From: a bacterium
GTDB taxonomy: Bacteria > SZUA-182 > DTGQ01 > JAFGSM01
DNA: 36,247 bases
Direction: 5' to 3'
NCBI GenBank assembly: GCA_049472335.1
Contig: JBLIRO010000050.1
Span: 1 to 36,247, forward strand
A program made the position numbers and the translations under genes. The stretch's first letter is position 1; each line of letters starts with the position of its first letter. This document shows, piece by piece, positions 28,962 through 36,247 of the stretch. The notes under the pieces are model-generated. The model was not told where the DNA came from and did not search any database. It saw nothing but the letters and a program-made list of their open reading frames with translations.

Positions 28962-29753
28962 TTAACCCTTATATTTTTTTATCCCAAGTCCTGCCAGCCC
29001 GGCCAAGCCAAGGCCTAAAAGGATTAATGTTGACGGCTCAGGAACCGGGGGCTCTGGGGGCTCTGGTATACCCGTTGTGCGTATTTCTTCGAAGCCGTCA
29101 TTGGCAGCCCAGTCATGGGCTCCGCCAACGTAACCTCCACTCGTAATAAATAGGTACATATACGGTTCCGTCCAGGTAAAAACCGGGATGAGAAATTCGA
29201 TATCATCATTACCACTGCCTGAACTGGCAAGTGTGTAATCAGTCAATACTGTTGTATTGGAATCGTACATCAGTGTCAGCCCGGCAAGACTATCTCCGGC
29301 TCCGGCATCCGGGGTGCTTCCCTGATATAAATCGAAGTTATCGAATGAAAGAAAACGTGTGCTGGCACCTGGTTCATTGAAGTCAATTGTGAATGTAAAA
29401 TAGTCACTCCCACCAAAGTCAACAATATCCAATTCACTGAATAATACTGATCTCGTATATTGATCCGCTGGCATCTTGTCGTCAAAAGGTGGGGGCTTGA
29501 GGTCGGTGTTCAATCCTGTTTCTTCACCTATGTCTTGATATCTTAAAAATGGTTGGTAAACACCTGTTCCCGTAGGCGTATCAGCGATAACCCTCCATAT
29601 GGAACCATCGGCTGGGGACATAATGCCGGTATATATGGCAGGATTAGTAGGATCAGATATATCAATCAGTGCGGCTGCAAATGAACATGATACTTGAACT
29701 GCCAGCAAACTTATAAATGCAATTACAATTATTGTTATCGTTTTTTGGGGCAT
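28962..29753 (-). CDS. PEP-CTERM sorting-domain secreted protein
   Basis: Signal peptide, acidic body, C-terminus VPEPSTLILLGLGLAGLAGLGIKKYKG. GGGAGG RBS. Confidence 0.93.
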   Translation of the reverse strand: MPQKTITIIVIAFISLLAVQVSCSFAAALIDISDPTNPAIYTGIMSPADGSIWRVIADTPTGTGVYQPFLRYQDIGEETGLNTDLKPPPFDDKMPADQYTRSVLFSELDIVDFGGSDYFTFTIDFNEPGASTRFLSFDNFDLYQGSTPDAGAGDSLAGLTLMYDSNTTVLTDYTLASSGSGNDDIEFLIPVFTWTEPYMYLFITSGGYVGGAHDWAANDGFEEIRTTGIPEPPEPPVPEPSTLILLGLGLAGLAGLGIKKYKG

Positions 29754-29996
29754 AACATGCCTCCCTTCTTATCTCTCTTATCTTATACAGATAATTCAAC
29801 ATATTGAAAACATGAGTAAGATCGCTAACTTCCATACTGGAAATGGAAAAACAATTTGTATAACTCCTTTCTATCCCTCTAGCGTTGTTTTAAAGTTGCC
29901 GTGTTTATTATAATTTTTTTGAATTCAGATATTTCGTTGGAATCTAAACTTCCTTTTAAATTATGAAGAATATGAATTATATCTAAAAAAAGGTAA

Positions 29997-30012
29997 TGCA
30001 TATATTATGCCA
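29997..30012 (-). promoter_or_regulatory. Sigma54 -24/-12 promoter upstream of the PEP-CTERM gene
   Basis: Minus strand TGGCATAATATATGCA has the exact GG-N10-GC spacing. Confidence 0.7.
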
Positions 30013-30027
30013 TAATTGTGCAGGATC

Positions 30028-30040
30028 TAACTTGTTGATT
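30028..30040 (-). promoter_or_regulatory. IHF consensus site (second copy at 30142-30154)
   Basis: AATCAACAAGTTA and TATCAATATGTTA both match WATCAANNNNTTR. The first lies just upstream of the sigma54 site. Confidence 0.55.
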
Positions 30041-30309
30041 TATATGAAGAATATAATGTAAATTTTTTGATAAATATATATTGGGTGGGATAAAAACGTA
30101 GTCAGAGACTACACTTTATTTTGGAAAAATAAAATTGAGGCTAACATATTGATATTGTTTATATTAATAATTTTAATGATTGTATTTATTTGCTACATTT
30201 TTAAATCCACACTACTGCTCCTCTCATGTTTGAATCTCCCCATTTTGGAGTGTATGATTAGAAAAAAAGGGATTTAGAGAGTCAAAAAATTTTTTCATCC
30301 GGGTAAAAG

Positions 30310-31125
30310 TTATACGTCCTCAACAAGCCCTTGCCTGAGTCTTGCCATTGCCTCTTCTGCAGACAAACCTTCATGCACCTGTTGGCTGATGATTTTTGTG
30401 ATGAGAGTAGGGTTTTTGTGCTGAAATGCATTACGCCCTATAGAGACACCTGTTGCCCCGGCCTCCATCGCCCCCTCGATCATCTTAAAAAGCTCATTGT
30501 CAGATTCCACTTTCTCACCGCCTGCAATAACTACCCGTACCGAACAACCTTCAACAACCTTCTGAAAACTTTCCGGATCGCCAGTATAATTAACCTTGAC
30601 GATATCCGCGCCCAATTCAGCCCCAACCCTGGCGGCATGTTTGACTACATTGACATCGAACTGGTTGGAAATCTTCTGACCTCTGGGATACATCATTGCC
30701 AGTAAGGGCATACCCCAAAGGAAGCACTTGTCTGCCGCCTCGCCAAGGTCCTTTAACATCTGATCTTCGTTTTCCGCTCCAAGATTTACATGAATGGAGA
30801 CCCCATCCGCGCCCAAACGTATGGCATGCTCAATACTGGTTACCAGGACTTTATTATCAGGCCTTGGGCTGAGAATTGTACTCGCGGAAAGATGAATGAT
30901 AAGTCCGAGATCTTTTCCATATCCTCGATGACCAAAAACAGCCGCACCTTTATGTACTATAGCCGCATTTGCCCCACCTTCCGCAATCTGATTGGCTGCT
31001 GTTGGAATGCTCACCAATCCCATGATAGGTCCCATAGTTACTCCGTGGTCCATGGGAACTATTACGGTTTTATTGGTTCGCCGGTTCAAAATACGATCAA
31101 GTCGAATCTCTTTCCCGATTTGCAT
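30310..31125 (-). CDS. DhnA-type class I aldolase, probably 2-amino-3,7-dideoxy-D-threo-hept-6-ulosonate synthase (AroA'-like)
   Basis: Start ATG 31125 behind [49 protein letters not shown] (Schiff-base Lys), VVIAGG, SIGRN. Confidence 0.85.
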   Translation of the reverse strand: MQIGKEIRLDRILNRRTNKTVIVPMDHGVTMGPIMGLVSIPTAANQIAEGGANAAIVHKGAAVFGHRGYGKDLGLIIHLSASTILSPRPDNKVLVTSIEHAIRLGADGVSIHVNLGAENEDQMLKDLGEAADKCFLWGMPLLAMMYPRGQKISNQFDVNVVKHAARVGAELGADIVKVNYTGDPESFQKVVEGCSVRVVIAGGEKVESDNELFKMIEGAMEAGATGVSIGRNAFQHKNPTLITKIISQQVHEGLSAEEAMARLRQGLVEDV

Positions 31126-31353
31126 ATCGACTCCTTTCAAAAAAGAAATATTAAAAAATATATTCTTCTCGAATGTAAGACTGATTATTATTTTTCGTCT
31201 AAAATAATTAAAAGAGATATTTAAATACATGATACTATCATTCATATTCAAAAAAACCAAGAGTGCGTTATTAGGCAGCAAAAAGGCCAATGCCGTTTTT
31301 TTGCAATGGTTTTTTACGGTCGTATCAAATTTGATGTAAAAAAGATTTATCTA

Positions 31354-31362
31354 TGGTATAAT
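31354..31362 (+). promoter_or_regulatory. Extended -10 promoter for ssrA
   Basis: TGgTATAAT 7 nt upstream of the tmRNA 5' end. Confidence 0.55.
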
Positions 31363-31369
31363 AAAAATA

Positions 31370-31734
31370 GGGGGCGATACGGCTTCGACGGGGATAGTTG
31401 AGGTCTGGATCGCATACCGAGTTCCATTTACTCGTAAAACAGATGGAAAATCACAATTGCCAACACTTATAGAACAAGCCCGTTGGCTTTAGCTGCTTAA
31501 TTTAAGCGGCTACGTCTTCCCCTGTTTCTCCTGCAGGCAGGGAGAGGATGTTATAAATACAGGATAGTTTCCTGTCTGGCCTGAAAGGCAGGAAGCGAAA
31601 ATTTTTCAGGAAGGTCTTCAGGTAATCCTGCCTCTGGGAGTGCCTGATGGCGAGATAAAAAACAGAGGATAAGTATGTAGAAGTCCTGAACCGAAGGTCT
31701 TCGGACGCGGGTTCGACTCCCGCCGCCTCCACCA
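31370..31734 (+). ncRNA. ssrA: tmRNA, tag reading frame 31459-31500 = ANTYRTSPLALAA*
   Basis: 5' GGGGGCG..GGCTTCGAC pairs with 3' CGCCTCC-ACCA, including the G3:U pair. T-arm GCGGGTTCGACTCCCGC. Internal ORF ends LALAA-TAA. Confidence 0.97.
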
Positions 31735-31798
31735 ATCAAAATCTTTAGTTTCAATAAATTGACTCTTAAAATTTAGACTGGAAGTAGACGGGAAAATT

Positions 31799-32884
31799 TC
31801 AGCTCTCATCTTTTGCCTTAAACTTAATGATTTTCTTACGTCTTCGGCTCAATGCCTCGGTCGATTTCGTGACTTTTCTCTTTGCATATCTCCGGGTCAT
31901 CTCAGCCTTGGTATGACCTAAGATCTCACGGACTAAGTCCATATCCTCTCCCTGGTCCAATAATTGACATCCTAAGGAATGTCTCACGGCATTGTATAAC
32001 TTACATCGTATCCCTGCCTTTTCCTCTGCTTCGTGCCATATAGCATTAAGATTCTTCGATGTATAGGGCTTACCATCTTCCCGGATAAACACAAAGGGTG
32101 ATTCGATTTTTCTTTCTGACATGCTGATGAATACTTCACGCATATATGCTGTGATCTCAAATATCCTCACTCCCTTTGATCCTGTTTTTGTGCCTTCCCG
32201 GAGGGTATTATCCGAAAAGACGCGCCTTATTATTATCTTGCCGTCTTTGATGGAATCTCTTTGTAAGGCCCGGGCCTCCTGGGGCCGGACGCCATATTCC
32301 ATCATAAACTGAAAAATAGGCCGATGCCTTGTAGGGATAGCCTTAAGAATGTTTTCTTGTTGATCCAGGGTTAGATATTCAATCTCCGGATGATTGTATG
32401 ATAATTTCGGGAAAGGTGGGACATGGGTTATGTCTTCATTTCGCCAGGCATCCTGGAGGATCTTTTTGAGCACCCCTATAATGTTATATTTGCCTTTGTC
32501 TTCCAATGGCAGCAAGTTCTTAAACTTTACGATATCATTGTACCGGATGTTTCTTATATCTTTACTGCCAAAAAAGGGAACGATATATTTATTGACGGCC
32601 GTTTTATATCCTGTAAGGGTTTTCTTTGAAACATCCAATGTTTTAAGCCACTCCTGGCAATATATCCTCATCGATATGGGAGAATCCGGCAGCCATGATT
32701 TAGGATTAAAACTGCCTTCGTCCACTTCACACCGGATTTTATCAAGCTGTTTTTGTGCGCTCTGTTTGGAATAAAAGGGCTCCCTGGTGATTGGATGTCT
32801 GTAAATACGATATCTTTTGCCTTCCCAATAAACGGAAATGCACCATTTATTATCCCTTCTGTCTTTTATAATTGATCCGCCCAT
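31799..32884 (-). CDS. Tyrosine integrase
   Basis: Start ATG 32884 behind GGGGAGG. N-terminal arm/SAM-like region. Catalytic GVRPQE, TKT, LYNAVRHS, LGHT, TRRYA. Confidence 0.92.
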   Translation of the reverse strand: MGGSIIKDRRDNKWCISVYWEGKRYRIYRHPITREPFYSKQSAQKQLDKIRCEVDEGSFNPKSWLPDSPISMRIYCQEWLKTLDVSKKTLTGYKTAVNKYIVPFFGSKDIRNIRYNDIVKFKNLLPLEDKGKYNIIGVLKKILQDAWRNEDITHVPPFPKLSYNHPEIEYLTLDQQENILKAIPTRHRPIFQFMMEYGVRPQEARALQRDSIKDGKIIIRRVFSDNTLREGTKTGSKGVRIFEITAYMREVFISMSERKIESPFVFIREDGKPYTSKNLNAIWHEAEEKAGIRCKLYNAVRHSLGCQLLDQGEDMDLVREILGHTKAEMTRRYAKRKVTKSTEALSRRRKKIIKFKAKDES

Positions 32885-33362
32885 ATAGCCCTCCCCTGAA
32901 AAATTAATTTTACAGGTATGATATACAACCTTTGGACTCGATTCAATTATATTTTCGGTAATGGTTTGCATCCTTTTACTGTCTTGTCTTCGTAAAATCG
33001 TTTATGGCCTTTTTTATAGGCTTCAGAAAAATGTTTTTTTAGGCTTCACTTTTTAAGGCATTCTGAAATTCAGGCATCCTTTTTAGGGGATACCGTTAAT
33101 GATTTTTTCATATCGCTTCTCAATTTTCCTGGCAAACTTGCACAATAATGATTCTGTTATCAAGTTTAAGCGTTTCGAGTATAATGTCTTCTATTTGCTT
33201 TCTATCTTCAATTCTGAGTGTAATCATTTTGCCTCTCTTTTGCCTTATTTCTAACTCTTTGAATATCAAGTAGTTTAATGATTCTGCCTTTTCCAATTAA
33301 ATCTCTTCTAACAAATGTGAATTTTATTTTTCAGTTTTAGCTATAGTAATATCGTTGATACT

Positions 33363-33515
33363 GGTGATAGTTATAAAAATTAACCGAAATCTCTTGATAT
33401 ATAAGAAACAAAGTATCACCGAAAGTATCACCGCTAATAATAAAAAAATATTATATTGGTGATAGTCAACACTATCACCAGAAATATTTATATCACTACT
33501 ATCATCACTATCACC
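33363..33515. repeat. Iteron-like TATCACC/GGTGATA direct and inverted repeat array (candidate origin)
   Basis: GGTGATAGT at 33363 and 33458. AAAGTATCACCG x2 at 33410-33433. ACTATCACC at 33471 and 33507. Palindrome TGGTGATAGT-caac-ACTATCACCA at 33457-33480. Confidence 0.75.
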
Positions 33516-33528
33516 GTATTTATCTATA

Positions 33529-34970
33529 CTATAAAATAGTATACTTACCATATTCAGCATTCTTTATTTCATTGTTATTACACATCTTATTTAATAAACT
33601 TGTAATGTTATGAACTTTTTTATTTAATATTTCAGCAATTTCTTTTGGTTTCATAGGTGTTTCAGATTGTTTTAAAACGTTGATAATCTCCAATCTTTCT
33701 TTTGTTAATCTATATTCTTCAGCATCTCCCATATATTCAAACATTATTGCACTCGCATCCCCACAGCATCTTTTTTCTGATTTGAGTGCTATTTCTGCGT
33801 CTTCAACATCTCTTCCCGTTACATGCAGAATAGAATCTGCCCTGGATCTTCCTTCACGTCTCAAAATAAGAATAGTATCCGCTCCGCCGGTAATGCCAAA
33901 AGTCCCCGAAACAGTGTCAAATATATCCTCACTAGTCATTTTTCGTTGATGGTGGACAAGAATAATCCCGATGTTGAAAAAATCAGCAACTTCCTTAATC
34001 AACGATATGTCTTCATAATCTGTCTGATAAGGATCGGTGTATCGGTTCCTTTGTTTCCTAATTTTTTGAAAAGTATCTATAATAACCAGGCCAATATCAT
34101 TTTTTCTTGAATAAAATTCTTTATTTTGTCCGCCGCTTCGGGCAGTTTGGGCCATCCCTCATTACTGGACACGTAATGAAAATTATTAGGCAAACTTTCA
34201 GTAGGTAATATTAATGCTCTGGACCGACCCCTTAATCTTCTCGGTGAATCCTCAAGAGCTAGATACAAAACGCCCCGTTTATCAACTGGAAAAAAAGATA
34301 ATGCTTTTCCTCCAGTGGCAATTGACAAAGACAATCCAAGGGCAATATTCGATTTGCCTGCTTTGGGCTTTCCGGCCAGAACTGATAATCCTTCAGGAAT
34401 GACGCCGGGGACAATCCACTTTGGTTCAGAGAACTTCATCAAATCTAGATCGTGAAGCGTTTGTATTTTGCATCTGTCATGATTTTTGTTTATCAAAAGG
34501 TTGGAAATAGATTTGGTATTTTCTGAAATGCCCTCAAAGTCGCCGCCATTAGTTGCTTTCTCAATATTCGAGTATGAAATTTTAATAATTTCTCTCAACC
34601 GGGCCGTTTTTATTATCTCTTCAATATGGATTTTATAATTCATCCCATTCACAACGGAATCCAGCAAATTTGCCAACCTTGCTGATCCACCAATTTCCTC
34701 AAGCCTAGATTTTTTGTTCAATTCTTCTTTCAGGGTGACAATATCAAAATTACCCTTCATTTCTTGAATTGTTTTATATATCAATCTATTCCTGTTAAAA
34801 TAAAAATCAGTAAAGCATAATTTATCTTTAATTTTCTTAAAAACAGATTGATTCAAAAGTAAACAACTGATAACAACTTCCTCGCTTTTTTCGCTACTGG
34901 GCATTTTAAAGCTTTCCCAAATGTTCTGCTGGCTTGCAGATTTATAATATTTTTTGGTTAATGTTCCCAT
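33529..34970 (-). pseudogene. DnaB N-terminal domain fused to RepA/AAA_25-type SF4 helicase with C-terminal HTH, split by a frameshift near 34100-34105
   Basis: Frame 1 has DnaB-N (EEVVISCLLLN..DFY..LEEIGGSARL), Walker A AGKPKAGKS and LYLALED. Frame 2 has Walker B LVIIDTF, ILVHH, SGTFGITGGAD and GRD. The frames switch at an A6 run. Start uncertain. Confidence 0.8.
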
Positions 34971-35170
34971 TCGTCTTCTCGCCCAGTAATTGTACAAAGG
35001 TCTTACGCATTGAGTGTGTGGCGACCTTGCCGGCGGCTTTAATCTTTTTGAAAACATCTTTCAGGACTGTCCATGCCTAAACTCGGGAGATTGCCTTGTT
35101 ATGTCCCTTGTGGCTTTTGAACAGATACAAGTCTGAATCTAACAATTCTCCGAAATAATTAAATTGAAAA

Positions 35171-35764
35171 TCAATAACTAAAATTTAACACCGCCTCCTG
35201 ATACTTCTGATCCCGAAAAGTGCAATAACTTAAGGTCACGGTTGGTGAACTATGTCCTATTATGCGCATCAATCCAAGAATGTTGTCGTTGGTCTTTTCT
35301 AAGAACATCCTGCAGAAAGTCTTTCTTAGGCTATGACAGGCAACTTTACCGCTCAGTTTAACGGCCTTGGCAACTTTTTTGATAACGAGATACATCGTGA
35401 CATAGCATACGCTTTTTTTATTGCCTTCTCTGCTCAAAAATAACGGCCATTCCGGGTTAATATCTCCATAAAAGGCCTCATAATGTTTGATAAGTTGTTT
35501 AACTGCTATCCGGCAATACTTGTGCAATACAACTTGTCTGTATTGCCTTTTTCCTTTGGTGTTGGCCCTTTTTACTTCTATCTGATCCTTAACACAGCCA
35601 AATTCATAAACATCTCTGATTCTAAGACTTAAGATCTCCCGGGCTCGAAATCCGGTAAAGATCCCGATTTGAAAAAATGCCAGATTTCTCAGCTTGTTTG
35701 GTCCGTGAAATGACTTTTCGGCCCTTCGGATTTCATCGTTTGATAAAGCTCTGCACCCCCTCAT
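35171..35764 (-). CDS. Small catalytic-domain-only tyrosine recombinase
   Basis: TGFRAREILSL, TKGK, CHSLRKTF, IGHSS, TLSY in 197 aa. Confidence 0.88.
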   Translation of the reverse strand: MRGCRALSNDEIRRAEKSFHGPNKLRNLAFFQIGIFTGFRAREILSLRIRDVYEFGCVKDQIEVKRANTKGKRQYRQVVLHKYCRIAVKQLIKHYEAFYGDINPEWPLFLSREGNKKSVCYVTMYLVIKKVAKAVKLSGKVACHSLRKTFCRMFLEKTNDNILGLMRIIGHSSPTVTLSYCTFRDQKYQEAVLNFSY

Positions 35765-36015
35765 AATTGCGCCTCCTTAAAATTTAAGTTCTCTTGGAGC
35801 AGGTCTTTTATGAAATCTTCATTTTTTTGATAGAAATCATTGAAGAGAGAGCGAAGACGGGTGATTTTGATAAAAGCCTTTTCCTCCTGGCCTGTCAATA
35901 CAAGTGTTTCGGCGTGCCGGAGATACTTTTCAATTGTATTTAGGATTAACCAGGATGTTCCTTTAATGCGATCGATTTCTTCAAGAAGATTGCCTTCTGA
36001 TTGGTAGGATGGCAT
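35761..36015 (-). CDS. Hypothetical protein, coupled to the recombinase gene
   Basis: ATGA overlap, and its 3' end carries the AAGGAGG RBS of the recombinase. The 5' end abuts the probable IS. Confidence 0.55.
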   Translation of the reverse strand: MPSYQSEGNLLEEIDRIKGTSWLILNTIEKYLRHAETLVLTGQEEKAFIKITRLRSLFNDFYQKNEDFIKDLLQENLNFKEAQL

Positions 36016-36020
36016 GATTC

Positions 36021-36247
36021 CCTAAATCCGAGATCGAATTTAAATTGAAGGGGGTATAAAATAGAAAAAACCTTGCTGGTAGGGTAAAATAAGGCAATTA
36101 ACAAAGGAAAAACCTTAAAAACCAACTAACCAACAAGGTGATAAAATGATACGACAAACAGTACTTCCATTCAAGATCGAAAAAACCAAAGACACGATAA
36201 CTGCTCATGGAGGTTTAGCCTTATTTGGAGAATTTGTAGTTGGGACT
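36021..36247 (+). mobile_element. Left end of a probable IS1380-family insertion sequence (truncated by window)
   Basis: Terminus-like CCTAAATCC (compare ISEcp1 CCTAGATTC), followed by a transposase-like N-terminus. Confidence 0.6.
36146..36247 (+). CDS. Transposase N-terminus (IS1380-like), partial
   Basis: Not in the ORF track. MIRQTVLPFKIEKTKDTITAHGGLALFGEFVVGT with AAGGTG RBS. T-x-x-GGL-x-L resembles IS1380 transposase starts. Confidence 0.65.
   Translation, partial: MIRQTVLPFKIEKTKDTITAHGGLALFGEFVVGT

Larger units (their letters stand above)
31735..36247. mobile_element. Integrative element at the ssrA 3' end (satellite/genomic-island-like), far boundary not in window
   Basis: Integrase convergent with ssrA and ending 64 nt from it, followed by an AT-rich repeat array, a helicase and a second recombinase. 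Confidence 0.8.

Noticed and set aside
2018..31290. Many short overlapping or antisense ORFs and extended starts in the ORF track (e.g. 6736..7269, 8891..9262, 25472..26026, starts at 5239, 19420, 21504, 23553, 31290)
   Set aside because: They are shadows of well-supported genes, or upstream extensions where a downstream start fits better (RBS support or no overlap).
31502..31809. Minus-strand ORFs such as MVEAAGVEPAS..
   Set aside because: These are antisense translations of the tmRNA tRNA-like end.
32900..33230. Short minus-strand ORFs (35 aa at 33227-33120, 23 aa from 33111) as an excisionase
   Set aside because: Too short and no recognisable HTH. They may be decayed remnants.
33410..33433. 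TATCACCG as lambda CI/Cro operator half-sites
   Set aside because: Not arranged as 17-bp operators, no repressor gene is visible, and the location fits an origin better.
33324..33560. 78-aa ORF with DSDDSSD and a hydrophobic stretch
   Set aside because: Best explained as translation of the AT-rich repeat array. No RBS.
1..36247. Genome-wide TAG reassignment or selenocysteine recoding
   Set aside because: Several genes end in TAG at natural termini, and I saw no internal TGA at catalytic Cys positions of the redox proteins.

Overview
Bacterial chromosomal window whose gene content suggests an anaerobe. From left to right it carries: (i) large secreted/surface proteins, namely a repeat protein interrupted by an in-frame TAG, a VWA protein and a 2011-aa triple beta-propeller protein, the last two with Gly/Tyr/Ser low-complexity regions; (ii) a CREST membrane hydrolase plus Tat lipoprotein pair; (iii) DUF362 and ald; (iv) a compact RiPP-like operon with two PqqD/RRE proteins, two radical SAM/SPASM enzymes and a 90-aa precursor with a YxPPxI leader and six CxxG repeats, which is the most interesting locus; (v) a thiol-redox cluster (FTR-like, glutaredoxin, Cys-rich miniprotein, flavin disulfide reductase); (vi) housekeeping genes (exonuclease, hflKC, FmdE family, aminotransferase, class I aldolase); (vii) a PEP-CTERM gene with a sigma54/IHF promoter; (viii) tmRNA, followed by an integrated satellite-like element (integrase, iteron-like array, frameshifted DnaB-N/AAA helicase, second tyrosine recombinase) and the start of a probable IS1380-family element. 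All family calls come from motif recognition by eye. No database searches were run.
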